Position numbers and translations under genes: made by a program. A stretch of 63,987 nucleotides of DNA, counting the filler, from Octopus bimaculoides (Eukaryota), in assembly GCF_001194135.2 (NCBI RefSeq). It is 7 parts of 6 records of this genome, joined end to end, with 100 filler letters (N's around TTAATTAATTAA, not from the genome) between each part and the next. Parts side by side here need not be neighbours in the genome. Positions count along the whole stretch, not along the records: positions 1 to 18,340 come from NC_068981.1; positions 18,441 to 27,810 come from NC_068989.1; 5 more parts are not named here. One strand, 5' to 3'. The notes below the pieces were generated by a model that was given only the letters and a program-made list of their open reading frames with translations, was not told where the DNA came from and ran no database searches. Positions 14,390-27,910 of this stretch are shown one piece after another. Numbering within the stretch: position 1 is the first letter of the stretch; each line of letters opens with the position of its first letter.

Positions 14390-14678
14390 CAGTAGTGGAC
14401 TGGCCAGGTTGCCAGCTTGCCCGATGGCAAGAGGGCCCCTGCGCCATTAGAATATATGGGAGCCCATGTTAGTATCCCCTCAAGTTTGAGAATTTTTAAT
14501 TCACTCCTGGAAGAATGCACTAATTATTTCGGCTTGGCTGTGTTTGTAGACAGTTGAAAAGAATACTTAAAAAAAAGATGATAAATAAATAAAAATAAAA
14601 TAAATGATAGAATTGTAGTTGCGGGTGGGCCCCCTTAGTCTCCTGGCAACTAATATTTTTAGACCCAGTCCGCCACTG
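14390..14678. mobile_element. hAT-like MITE
   Basis: TIRs CAGTAGTGGACTGG / CCAGTCCGCCACTG (12/14). Flanks cacacaca / catacaaa resemble a decayed 8-bp TSD. Confidence 0.7.
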
Positions 14679-15833
14679 CATACAAACCACTAAAGTCACC
14701 CAAGGTCGTGGTGGTGTTAAACAGAATGACATTAAATTTACCCTCAAGCGTCAGAAACAGTCCCCCTGCCAAGATTCACCACAGTTTCTATCTATGAAAT
14801 ATAGCTTACAACGGTTTGGTGGGGGGTTACTAGAAGCTATGCTAGACAGCACGTGTTATAACTACCACGTTGCGAGATCGAAACCTTCTTGCTGCGAAAT
14901 GAAGTTCTTAACCACACAACCCTGTATACGTTCACAGAAGTATATATATACATATATATATATATANNNNNNNNNNNNNNNNNNNNNNNNNNNNNNNNNN
15001 NNNNNNNNNNNNNNNNNNNNNNNNNNNNNNNNNNNNNNNNNNNNNNNNNNNNNNNNNNNNNNNNNNNNNNNNNNNNNNNNNNNNNNNNNNNNNNNNNNNN
15101 NNNNNNNNNNNNNNNNNNNNNNNNNNNNNNNNNNNNNNNNNNNNNNNNNNNNNNNNNNNNNNNNNNNNNNNNNNNNNNNNNNNNNNNNNNNNNNNNNNNN
15201 NNNNNNNNNNNNNNNNNNNNNNNNNNNNNNNNNNNNNNNNNNNNNNNNNNNNNNNNNNNNNNNNNNNNNNNNNNNNNNNNNNNNNNNNNNNNNNNNNNNN
15301 NNNNNNNNNNNNNNNNNNNNNNNNNNNNNNNNNNNNNNNNNNNNNNNNNNNNNNNNNNNNNNNNNNNNNNNNNNNNNNNNNNNNNNNNNNNNNNNNNNNN
15401 NNNNNNNNNNNNNNNNNNNNNNNNNNNNNNNNNNNNNNNNNNNNNNNNNNNNNNNNNNNNNNNNNNNNNNNNNNNNNNNNNNNNNNNNNNNNNNNNNNNN
15501 NNNNNNNNNNNNNNNNNNNNNNNNNNNNNNNNNNNNNNNNNNNNNNNNNNNNNNNNNNNNNNNNNNNNNNNNNNNNNNNNNNNNNNNNNNNNNNNNNNNN
15601 NNNNNNNNNNNNNNNNNNNNNNNNNNNNNNNNNNNNNNNNNNNNNNNNNNNNNNNNNNNNNNNNNNNNNNNNNNNNNNNNNNNNNNNNNNNNNNNNNNNN
15701 NNNNNNNNNNNNNNNNNNNNNNNNNNNNNNNNNNNNNNNNNNNNNNNNNNNNNNNNNNNNNNNNNNNNNNNNNNNNNNNNNNNNNNNNNNNNNNNNNNNN
15801 NNNNNNNNNNNNNNNNNNNNNNNNNNNNNNNNN

Positions 15834-15872
<39 letters not shown>

Positions 15873-17511
15873 ATGTATTATGCATGTATTTATGTCTGTA
15901 CGTCTCTGCATGGGAAAATCATTACAGACATTAAAACACATCAAATGCCAGGTGTTTACAGTATCTGTTATATAAATTACATCAGTGATTAAGTTAATAT
16001 AATTTGTCTTTCAACAAATAATCTTCGCAACAAATAATTTTCTTTGGGATTACAGAAACATTTGATCACCTCCGATAAATGATTTAACTCTCATTCATTT
16101 AATCCGACATAGATAAATATGCAGATTACTGTGATTAGAAAAATTTAATGTATTTGAGTTTCGTAATTCGAAGCATTCCATCACTCTTCCCTACACTTGA
16201 CGATTTCCTTCGAGGAATTCTCTCTCTTTAAATTATTCTAGTTTCTATAACAGCCAGTGTACAATCGTGTATATTTAATTAATTTCTATTTCATTGTGGT
16301 GAACTATATTCTTCGCTGATGAAGTACTAATAAGACCGAACCGTGTTCGAAGCTATCTCTCGTACATACCTTACAATACACACAGACACGCAGGTTATTA
16401 ACGTATTGGTACACGTGTCTATGGGATACGCAGCCAACGACATCATAATACTATAAAGAGGTAGCTCAGCGGATCGAACACCAAATATAGAAACTAATGC
16501 CATATCCATAATCTATTAACCAAAATACTATCGTTATTTTTCGTTAGCTCTTACATTTTAGGACTGGTTTAATTAACATCTAAAAAAGTTGCCTCAATAT
16601 GTCATTTTGCTCTTGTTCTGATAAGAAATAAGAAATGTTATAAAATTTTCGAAAGGAAAAATTACTTGTACTTAATGAAAAATTTTAGAATCTAATTTTA
16701 CAGCTTTTATATAAAATAAGACGTTAGCCATATTTTACATGGAAACCAAATCAAGGCTTGTATTTCTGCTTTATCACAAAATATATTTCAGATAACGGAA
16801 GGATTTCTGTTTATATTCTTCAACTGATGGATGAAGAGATGGTCGAGATAGCAATTCCAGCGAATGATACAGTATGTTGAGAGATTAGTCTAACATTGAA
16901 ATTTCAGGTTTTACCGCTCCCATCTGCACTGTTTTGAACTCATCTTTATTTAAACCAACATACTGCTGAGATAAAGATATAATAACTGCGCTAAATCCAG
17001 CTATGTTCTACTCTTCTTTGAAGGCTCAGAAAGAGGATTATAATAAAAACTTCGCAACGTTACAAGAGATAAGAACAAGGTTGAACTGGGATTGATAAAA
17101 TCAATTTTCTCTGATCCCTGCTCACCAATCTCTACAAACGCATCGTTTGAGCTTTCTTTCAACAAGTAAGCCTCTCATTCATTTAGGTTTGCTTCTCCCC
17201 CCCCGCTGCTAATTATATTTCAAAGTGAATTATTAATTAAATGATTACTTAACAGAATTATAGAATCAATCAAATTTTCCCATGTTCTATGAGGGCTGAA
17301 CATAAAAGTTACGTAAGACAATTTTAAACTTGATTGCAGCTGCTTTCGAATTGAGGCAATTTCCTCTCTTGGTAATAGTCTTGGATTACTCTTTCAATGG
17401 ATAATATCTTTTATCCTGGAACGACAAATTAAAAAAAATAAAAACAATTAAAACCTCACAAAGCAAATAAGAAAAAAAAAAACTGTATCTTGCTTAGAAG
17501 TTTCATAATTA

Positions 17512-17655
<144 letters not shown>

Positions 17656-18340
17656 TGCTTTTCTATTAACTTTAGTACATTTATAATCTTGGCGTGGACG
17701 TCGATAATTTCAATGTAATAAAACAATATAAATCATTTGTTTAATAGATTTTCGTTTCTAATTTTCTCTCCTAATTTTGTCCCACTCCTACCATTCCGTC
17801 CTTGAATTAAAAAGCGATGTAACATGGATACAACTTTCAGAAATAAAGTCATGCTGCTACATATATTAACACATATGCCATATAGAACCGAGATCTGTAA
17901 ATATTCATTCTTAGAGTATTTCCTTTCCATATTTCTTCATTTGTTATTTTACCAAATTTTTTGTCCTGTCATTATAAAAACCTCTGTTCTTCAGTGGCTT
18001 AAATGTAAATCCCTTTTGAAAATATGAATATATAATATCCTAGATAGCATCACAGTTTGTATAAACGTCACGACAAAACTGCCTTCATTCTAAGCTAATT
18101 ATTATCAAAGCTAATTATCGATGAAATCTAATCTGTGAAACAAATTTTCAACTTCCCTGTTTTGCTTTCCATCTCTGGCCAAAGAGCTTAACTCTACGTG
18201 CCTGAGAGAATTTATTAAAGAAATAATCATTTGCAAACAAAATAATCCAGGATAAATAAAAACAGATGACTCCAAGTTTAATTTTGAAATATTTTCTTTT
18301 TAGCTTCTTGTTTCTTAATGATTTAAGCTAATTGAAAGAC

Positions 18341-18440
18341 NNNNNNNNNNNNNNNNNNNNNNNNNNNNNNNNNNNNNNNNNNNNTTAATTAATTAANNNN
18401 NNNNNNNNNNNNNNNNNNNNNNNNNNNNNNNNNNNNNNNN
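18341..18440. other. Artificial scaffold join (N44-TTAATTAATTAA-N44)
   Basis: Exactly 100 bp; the 12-mer has stop codons in all six frames. Identical structure occurs six times. Confidence 0.95.
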
Positions 18441-19730
18441 CTATCTGTCTATCAACCTGTCTGTCTGTGTGTCTGTATGCCTGTCTATCTATCTATCTAT
18501 CTATCTATCTTTTTCTCTCTGCATTTATATATATATATATATATATACATAGGTTTTATATATGTATATATATTTATATACATATAAATACACCCCCCCC
18601 ACACACATATATATATATATAAACTAAATTATTACACAATTAATCAGCGCGAAGTAGGTGATTGATATATGAAAACAGTTCGTCTGTCTGATATATTGGA
18701 AAGACAAATACAGAACACATCTAAATATGCACGCATAGCCAACTTTGATCTTTATACATGTAATTCATGATTACATATCCATCACCGTACATATTTCACC
18801 CCACTACTCTAGCCTTTGGATTTTTTGTACCTATATATATATATATATATATATATATTTTCCCTCCCACCAAAAGATGAACAATTATCTCCCCTGTCCA
18901 CAATAATAACGATAGCCGATTACCACCCTTTAAATTTTTCTACTTCTTGAAACATTCATTCATAAACTCCACACACAATATGGATAAAAAAATTTTTGTA
19001 AAGAAAAAACGTATTCAAATAAATTAAAATTTCATGATTAGCGAACGTGAAACCGGTCGACAAACACAATATAAAATATATTAAAAATTATATTCAGACT
19101 ATGTAAAGTGTGTGCATTTTCCTTCTTTAGTTTCTTATATATATTACATCTCACCACGTTGGGATAATCGAACTTCCTCCCTTTCTGTTACTATATATAT
19201 ATTCTTTTATTCTTATACTTGTTTCAGTCATTTGACTGTGACCATGTAGGAACAGCCACTTTTAGTCGAAGAAATCGACCTCTGTACTTATTCTTTGCTA
19301 CCCTGGTACGTATTCCATCAGTCTTTTCTACCGAACCGGTAAGTTACGAGGACGTAAACACACACAGCATCGGTTGTCAAGCGATGGTGGTGGGGACAAA
19401 CACAGACACAGACACACACAGACNNNNNNNNNNNNNNNNNNNNNNNNNNNNNNNNNNNNNNNNNNNNNNNNNNNNNNNNNNNNNNNNNNNNNNNNNNNNN
19501 NNNNNNNNNNNNNNNNNNNNNNNNNNNNNNNNNNNNNNNNNNNNNNNNNNNNNNNNNNNNNNNNNNNNNNNNNNNNNNNNNNNNNNNNNNNNNNNNNNNN
19601 NNNNNNNNNNNNNNNNNNNNNNNNNNNNNNNNNNNNNNNNNNNNNNNNNNNNNNNNNNNNNNNNNNNNNNNNNNNNNNNNNNNNNNNNNNNNNNNNNNNN
19701 NNNNNNNNNNNNNNNNNNNNNNNNNNNNNN

Positions 19731-19774
<44 letters not shown>

Positions 19775-20554
19775 GCAAATAATTAACAAGGATGTCCAGG
19801 TATCAATGCCTTACAGCCGTTTCAATCGGCTCCATTTACTAGAGGCTATAGTAGAAGATACTTGCCCAGGTTGCCACGTAGTGGGACTGAACCCGGAACC
19901 ATGTTGTTGGTAAGCAAGCTACTTCCCACACAGAGTTTAACTTTTGTTAATTGCCATGGTCGTTGCGATCTCCGCTATTTTATAGAGTCCGATAAAATAA
20001 TTACCAGGCTTGAAGACTAAGTATCGGAGTCGATTCCTTCGACTAAAAAACTTCTTCAAGGTGGTACCCCAGCATGGCCGCCGTCTAGAGGTTGAAACAA
20101 GTAAAAGAATAAATTAACCTTTGCCCCATGCGTAAGACGTGTCCGAACTTACCTAAGAAAATGCAATTATTTGAATGAAATTTGGCTGCTATTTCTGATG
20201 AATAGAACCCCAGTATAGATGTCCTCACGATGAAGAATTTGTTGATGTTCGTATGTAGCTGCTGTTCGTCAATTATTTCCACGTTAGGTTGACATTCAGA
20301 ACAGAAACGATATTATGTATTATATATTCAATTTTTGAAATATTATTATATTTAAAAAAAATCTTGCTTTACTGAAAATTGCATATTGTATCGTGTGTTT
20401 CCTAAGGTTCTTCATTCAACACGCACTTAGACACACATGTGGGTGCGCTCACACACACACGCATGCATACATGCATACATATATATGTTCTTGTATATAT
20501 GTAGGCATTATGAATGCATATATATATGTAAAAAGATATATATATATATTTAAG

Positions 20555-20597
<43 letters not shown>

Positions 20598-21882
20598 NNN
20601 NNNNNNNNNNNNNNNNNNNNNNNNNNNNNNNNNNNNNNNNNNNNNNNNNNNNNNNNNNNNNNNNNNNNNNNNNNNNNNNNNNNNNNNNNNNNNNNNNNNN
20701 NNNNNNNNNNNNNNNNNNNNNNNNNNNNNNNNNNNNNNNNNNNNNNNNNNNNNNNNNNNNNNNNNNNNNNNNNNNNNNNNNNNNNNNNNNNNNNNNNNNN
20801 NNNNNNNNNNNNNNNNNNNNNNNNNNNNNNNNNNNNNNNNNNNNNNNNNNNNNNNNNNNNNNNNNNNNNNNNNNNNNNNNNNNNNNNNNNNNNNNNNNNN
20901 NNNNNNNNNNNNNNNNNNNNNNNNNNNNNNNNNNNNNNNNNNNNNNNNNNNNNNNNNNNNNNNNNNNNNNNNNNNNNNNNNNNNNNNNNNNNNNNNNNNN
21001 NNNNNNNNNNNNNNNNNNNNNNNNNNNNNNNNNNNNNNNNNNNNNNNNNNNNNNNNNNNNNNNNNNNNNNNNNNNNNNNNNNNNNNNNNNNNNNNNNNNN
21101 NNNNNNNNNNNNNNNNNNNNNNNNNNNNNNNNNNNNNNNNNNNNNNNNNNNNNNNNNNNNNNNNNNNNNNNNNNTATATATATATATATATATATACATA
21201 TATATGCACACACACGTATTTACACATAATGCCATAGAATTCATATATTGCTGTAATGAAACAAGTTATCGTGCAGTTATGGCGTGAAAAACAATATTTA
21301 TTTACGAAATAATGAAATTAAAGATGTTGTAAAAAAAATATAATTTTATTAAAATCTTCGTGTCTACAACCGAATACTTCCGTTTACAATCGTTCCACAC
21401 ATGCGTAAAGTATTATACACAGAGAAAGCTTTATATTGCACGCATGCATATTCTCATACAAATATGTACATACACATTTACATGTTTTAAAAAATTGTAT
21501 TGTAGACACATTGAAAAATAATTACTACAGCAGCAATTTTTATTATGGTTATTATTATTATTATTACAAATTTTATTGATTTAATCATTATTATCACCAT
21601 TATGAAGAGATGTGAATGACAATTTCTGTAGAGTAATTTTAGCTATTGCCTTTATGAATTCATATATGTTGTGGCTAAGCTTCTAAGTTCAAATCCACTC
21701 AAGGCCAAATAGGCTTTGTGTCTTTCTAGACTTGTCAATGTATCAGCCAAGTATTGGCTTATAGTATAATTTCTCAAAGTGGGCGCTACCGCTCCCCGTT
21801 GGGCGTTCAGATGGTCCAGGTGGGCGCTGGGGGACGCTATGAATTTATCATAATATTGTTATAGTATACAAATTATATAATA

Positions 21883-22098
21883 TTCTTTTCTACTCTAGGC
21901 ACAAGGCACGAACTTTTTGGGGAGGGGGCCAGTTGATTGGATCGACCGCAGTAGGCAACTGGTACTTAATTTATTGACCCCGAAAGAATGAAAAGCAAAG
22001 TCGATCTTGGCGGAATTTGAACTCAAAGCATAAAGACAGACGAAATACGGATAAGCATTTCGTCCGGCATGCTAACGTCTCTGCCAGCTCGGTGCCTT
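21883..22098 (-). mobile_element. tRNA-derived SINE, family B
   Basis: Reverse complement of 'gagctggcaga..cgttagca..ccgg.cgaaatgctta...gagttcaaattccgcc..gtcgactttgcctttcatcctttcggggtcgataaa.taagtaccag...ggccttgtgcct'. Confidence 0.85.
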
Positions 22099-22359
22099 AC
22101 GAATTATATATTATACTAAATATCAAATGGATCATATTATATATAAATTAGTAAAATATAAAATATTTATTTTTGAAAATAGCGGTGGGGGCTCTGAGGG
22201 TATTATGTGGCCATGACTATCGACCAATAACATTATACAACCATATCTAAAATAATAACACCCATCCATTAGTGTATACACATATAGAGCTTCCTGGTGG
22301 GTAACAAAATATTTCCCGAGTGGCTCGTACGAGTGTAAAGACCAAATTTTAATCAATAA

Positions 22360-23330
22360 AATGGTTCCAGAGGATTGCTACAAACGATTGCATGGATTTG
22401 ATTACAAAAATGTGTTTGACAGATTTCCCCATATGTGGATTGAGATAAGTTTAGAAATTATATATATAGTCCCACCGGTTATTGATAATTTTTCTGTCAG
22501 ATAGTTTAAAAAAAAAAAAAACAGAGGAAAATAACTCTTAACTCTTATACGGAATTCAGCGGCTGATACTGTGAACAATGGTGGCATTGATATAAAATGT
22601 GGAATTTTCTCTTCTCTTTTGCATTGCTTTCCTCCTAAGTAAGCTGTTAAATGGCATAAAACATAGGTACAGAGTATATGACTGACAAACCAATCGCTTC
22701 CTTTATATGGATGATCTGAAACTTTGCAAGAAAGGAGATCTGCAACTGGAACGACTTTTAACCATAGTAAAAGTATTTAGTGATGATATTGTACTGGACT
22801 TCGGCTTTGATAAGTGTGCAAAAGCGACATTCCTCAAGAAAAAAAAAAAAACTCTTGGAAACGTACAACTTTCAGCTAGACAAAAACCATAATTAAGGAA
22901 TTACATCCTAACAGAAATTAGAAATATTTAGGCTTGGGCACTCATACGAGAACTGATGGGAGCCTGCCAAAGTACTTGAAAATAAAAATATCACTGTTGT
23001 TTGGGACTTTAATTTTCAAACTGATCGAACTATTTAGGTCAATAGACCAGAAGTTGTAGTGAAAAATCACATTAACACAACATGTATGGACATAAATGTG
23101 TCAATCTCCGGAGACTGCAATACATTTGTGAAAACTTTCACAAAGTTTAGTAAATACAAGGGTCTTGGGACAAAGTTCGCAAAAATGAAGCATCTAAGAA
23201 TGACAACTGTACCTCTTAAGCACCATGGTAAAATACCAGGAAACCCAACCCAAAAGTATCAGAACTACGAAAAACTTTTCTCTCAGATACTGCCCACATC
23301 CCAAGAAAAACAATATCAACACAAAAATAT
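22360..23330 (+). pseudogene. Decayed, internally deleted R4/Dong-like RT/RLE fragment
   Basis: 'FDYKNVFDRFPHMWI' (cf. WIDYKKAFDSVPHSWI), 'FLYMDDLKLCK', 'FSDDIVLDFGFDKCAK', then RLE-like 'RPEVVV...INVSISGDCN'. Confidence 0.7.
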
Positions 23331-23554
23331 TTGACTCCCTTCAAACTCTTTTTAAAATCTCAAATATTATAACTAACTTTTAACGGAATTTTAATTCTCA
23401 GTGTTTGTTCTACTTACTCGGCAAATATGTTATTGCTAACAATAGATAACATCACAATAAAACTTCCAGCTTGCTGTTACTTGCAGCTTATGTGTGAGAC
23501 TTGGAAGCTGCTCGTTATAAAACAAAGTATTATCAACAACATCAACAAAAAACA

Positions 23555-23617
<63 letters not shown>

Positions 23618-23618
<1 letters not shown>

Positions 23619-23877
23619 CAGAAACAACTCCTGTCATAGTAGGTGCCTTAGGTATAATAAAAAAAATATTCAGACAAATACATAACAAAAACACCAGGAC
23701 TTACAAATATATATAACATACAGAAAATTGCACTACTGGGTACTGCACACATTCTACGCAAAACACTTTCAATACAGTAAACATAAGAGCACCACAGCAA
23801 ACCACAGCACATACCCAAGGCGCACAGAGCTGCGCTCGGTAGTGAAGTGAAAGCACGTTATAAAAATAAAACTACTG
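23618..23877 (+). mobile_element. Dong-like lineage 1, 5'-truncated 3' end following an (AAT)n tract
   Basis: Three differences seen against 61339-61597. Encodes 'VIVGALGIIKK...QKIALLGTAHILRKTLSIQ*'. Confidence 0.9.
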
Positions 23878-24314
23878 NNNNNNNNNNNNNNNNNNNNNNN
23901 NNNNNNNNNNNNNNNNNNNNNNNNNNNNNNNNNNNNNNNNNNNNNNNNNNNNNNNNNNNNNNNNNNNNNNNNNNNNNNNNNNNNNNNNNNNNNNNNNNNN
24001 NNNNNNNNNNNNNNNNNNNNNNNNNNNNNNNNNNNNNNNNNNNNNNNNNNNNNNNNNNNNNNNNNNNNNNNNNNNNNNNNNNNNNNNNNNNNNNNNNNNN
24101 NNNNNNNNNNNNNNNNNNNNNNNNNNNNNNNNNNNNNNNNNNNNNNNNNNNNNNNNNNNNNNNNNNNNNNNNNNNNNNNNNNNNNNNNNNNNNNNNNNNN
24201 TAGGTGTACGGAAAACACTCGGCGAGAAATGGAAGAAAATTTGAAGAAAGAAGAAAAAAAAAACAACAACATAATAATAATAATAATAATAATACTACTA
24301 CTAATAATAATAAT

Positions 24315-24522
24315 TTCTTCTGGAGACACAAGGCCTCAAATTTGGGGTGAGGGGAATAATCGATTGTATAGACCACAGTGCGTAACTGGTACTTAATTTA
24401 TCGAACTCGAAAGGATGAAAGGCGATGTCGACCTCGGCAAAATTTGAACTCAGAACGTTAACAGGAGACGAAATACCGCTAAGCATTTCGCCCGGCGTGC
24501 TAAAAATTCTGCCAGCGTTGCC

Positions 24523-24523
<1 letters not shown>
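24315..24523 (-). mobile_element. SINE family B between (AAT)n tracts
   Basis: Family B consensus in reverse orientation. Confidence 0.8.
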
Positions 24524-24580
<57 letters not shown>

Positions 24581-24651
24581 TAATAATAATGATGATGATG
24601 ATGATGATGATGATAATAATAATAATAATGATAATAATGAAGATGATAATG

Positions 24652-24702
<51 letters not shown>

Positions 24703-25117
24703 TTGATTTACAAATTATATTCTATTCAACAGACTACGTACAGCGACAGAACTTGGCAATATTTCCACAAGGATTCAGCTGCTATGTAAAAATTAGCATG
24801 AATTATTTAATCGTACTAAAACTGCTCTAAGGAAAGAAATGAATTAAAAATGAAAACTTTATGTCGGGTTTCAACACTGAAATCAGTATTAGAACATAGC
24901 AGCTTTTATAAGTATTTAGGAGGTAATAAAACCGATAGGATACTGTGTGCATATGCATGTATATATATGTATGTATATAATAGAGATGTGTGAAGAGCAA
25001 TATATAAGATAATTGAAATACGAGGGTCGGCTTTCAGAGAAATTACAGCCGCGTTAGTCAAATTATAATTAAATATTAAGTGAATTGTAAAGCATGGTTA
25101 CTTAAACTAGAAAACAA

Positions 25118-25194
<77 letters not shown>

Positions 25195-25195
<1 letters not shown>

Positions 25196-25433
25196 ACTCC
25201 GTCGGTTACGACGACGAGGGTTCCAGTTGATTCGCTCAACGGAACACCCTGCTCGTGAAATTAAGGTGCAAGTGGCTGAGCACTCCACAAACACGTGTAC
25301 CCTTAACGTAGTTCTCGGGGACATTCAGCGTGACACAGTGTGACAAGGCTGACCCTTTGAATTACAGGCACAACAGAAACAAGAAGTAAGAGTGAGAGAA
25401 AGTTGTGGTGAAAGAGTACAGCAGGGTTCGCCA
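25195..25433. mobile_element. Interspersed repeat family G (runs into gap)
   Basis: Matches 11001-11109; abuts an (ACT)n tract. Confidence 0.75.
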
Positions 25434-26032
25434 NNNNNNNNNNNNNNNNNNNNNNNNNNNNNNNNNNNNNNNNNNNNNNNNNNNNNNNNNNNNNNNNNNN
25501 NNNNNNNNNNNNNNNNNNNNNNNNNNNNNNNNNNNNNNNNNNNNNNNNNNNNNNNNNNNNNNNNNNNNNNNNNNNNNNNNNNNNNNNNNNNNNNNNNNNN
25601 NNNNNNNNNNNNNNNNNNNNNNNNNNNNNNNNNNNNNNNNNNNNNNNNNNNNNNNNNNNNNNNNNNNNNNNNNNNNNNNNNNNNNNNNNNNNNNNNNNNN
25701 NNNNNNNNNNNNNNNNNNNNNNNNNNNNNNNNNNNNNNNNNNNNNNNNNNNNNNNNNNNNNNNNNNNNNNNNNNNNNNNNNNNNNNNNNNNNNNNNNNNN
25801 NNNNNNNNNNNNNNNNNNNNNNNNNNNNNNNNNNNNNNNNNNNNNNNNNNNNNNNNNNNNNNNNNNNNNNNNNNNNNNNNNNNNNNNNNNNNNNNNNNNN
25901 NNNNNNNNNNNNNNNNNNNNNNNNNNNNNNNNNNNNNNNNNNNNNNNNNNNNNNNNNNNNNNNNNNNNNNNNNNNNNNNNNNNNNNNNNNNNNNNNNNNN
26001 NNNNNNNNNNNNNNNNNNNNNNNNNNNNNNNN

Positions 26033-26426
26033 CAGCGCATGACCTTGCAGGTGGGGCCCAGTTAGAATTTTTTCAGGTCGAGTAGCCCATCCCGCTCAAA
26101 AGGTCCTTGAATAAGGTTTGTTTAAGGATGTTGAGCAAAACACCCATGTTTCCAAAGGTGAATTATTCAAACCCCAAAGAATTCCTCTCAACACATGGCT
26201 ATGATGCTCCCCCACTACTTCTGCTCGTGATCAGAGATGCACATATCGTCAGCCACTAAGGGACATGCTCGCCTGGTTAAGGTCAAGCAACTGACAAGCA
26301 AATCTGTGGTATTGAGCAGAATATTTGCTGTAGCCCATCCTTTATACCATGACAATGTACATGATAACACTTCTAATCAGTTAAGATCAGAAGCCATGAG
26401 AGCCACTTCTTGGTATTGCATCAAGG

Positions 26427-26430
<4 letters not shown>
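26033..26430 (-). mobile_element. Non-coding element family F next to (ATT)n
   Basis: Reverse complement of about 61617-62010, followed by a long (ATT)n. Strand is given relative to the AAT-tailed orientation of the 61617 copy. Confidence 0.8.
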
Positions 26431-26470
<40 letters not shown>

Positions 26471-26517
26471 GTAGTAGTAGTAGTAGTAGTAGTCGTAGTA
26501 GTAGTAGTATTATTATG

Positions 26518-26742
26518 GAGGCGAACTGACAGAAACGTTAGCACGGCGGGCGAAATGCTTAGCGGTATTTCGTCTGTCTGTACGTTCTGAGTTCCAATTC
26601 CATCGAGGTCGACTTTGCCTTTCATCCCTTCGGAGATGGGTAGGGTCGATGAAATAAGTACCAGTTACGCACTGGGGACGATGTGATCGACTCTCTCCTC
26701 CCCTGAAATTTCAGGCCTTGTGCCTATCGTAGAAAGAATTAG
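26518..26742 (+). mobile_element. SINE family B
   Basis: Full head, core and 'ggccttgtgcctatcgtagaaagaatt' tail. Confidence 0.85.
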
Positions 26743-27650
26743 TATTATCATTGTTAGTAGTAGTAGAAGTAGTTGCAGCAACAACTGCAGCAGCAGCAGC
26801 AGTTGTAGTAGTAGTAGTAGTAGTAGTAGTATACAATAATTACTGATTTCTATCAAGAGAAAATAATTGAAAAATTTGTTTTTGTGGTAGTAAGAGGTTT
26901 ATGAGAAAATAGTATTGGTTGTGATGGTGGTGGTGGTAATTGTTGTTGTTGTTGATGCTGGTGTGGTTGTAGTTGTTGTTGTGGCGGTGGTGGTGATGGT
27001 TGTTGCCGGGTGGATTTCAGCTGAGAGTTTTTAAATGGAACTAATAGCTGATTAATAAATATATTTAATTTGTCGAGAATTAAATCTCCAAGGATAATGG
27101 CCTCTGGTTGTAGTGGTTGCAGTGGTTGGTGGTAGTGGTAGTAGTGGTGGTTGTAACAGTGGTTTTGTAAGTGGAGGTGTCGTTGGTGTTATTAATGGTG
27201 AGTGTGGTGGTGGTGGTGTTGGTGGTGGCGGTAGTGATTATAGAAATGCTGCTGCTGTTGTTGGNNNNNNNNNNAGAGAGAGAGAGAGAGAGAGAGAGAG
27301 AAGGAAATGAATAAAATGAGCTTTAAACCCGAAAACCCAAGCAGATATCCTGTTGGAACACTGAGATGCACTTAGATAGACCTGCATGTACATACCAATC
27401 TCAACTCATGTGCACCTGTACAAATATAGAACAGGTATGCAGTTTCTTCCACCGGCTGACACATCGCCTATTTATAACCGAGGTAGAGAACGGCTTACCT
27501 AAAGCTTACTTGAAACCAAGTTGTAAGTGTATATATCTTCGTATAAATACTATATGTGCCTGATGGTATAGACATATGCATATGGGCATACATATATACT
27601 TGTATATCTGTGTGTTTGTATGTATATATGTATGTATACATATTTATATA

Positions 27651-27687
<37 letters not shown>

Positions 27688-27810
27688 ACACACACACACA
27701 TATATACATACATACATACGTGTCCAATAACAAAGCACTTGTACCACGACCTCGCGTTGTTGTTTTTTGTTGCTTGTTCTTGTTTAGATTGATGATATAT
27801 ATATATATAT

Positions 27811-27910
27811 NNNNNNNNNNNNNNNNNNNNNNNNNNNNNNNNNNNNNNNNNNNNTTAATTAATTAANNNNNNNNNNNNNNNNNNNNNNNNNNNNNNNNNN
27901 NNNNNNNNNN
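27811..27910. other. Artificial scaffold join
   Basis: N44-TTAATTAATTAA-N44. Confidence 0.95.

Noticed and set aside
16908-17165. Exon-like segment between tttcag| and |gtaagc
   Set aside because: All three frames contain stops; at most a non-coding exon, with no evidence for it.
19031-19060. GAAACCGGTC hammerhead 3' half
   Set aside because: There is no CUGANGA box or stem II upstream.
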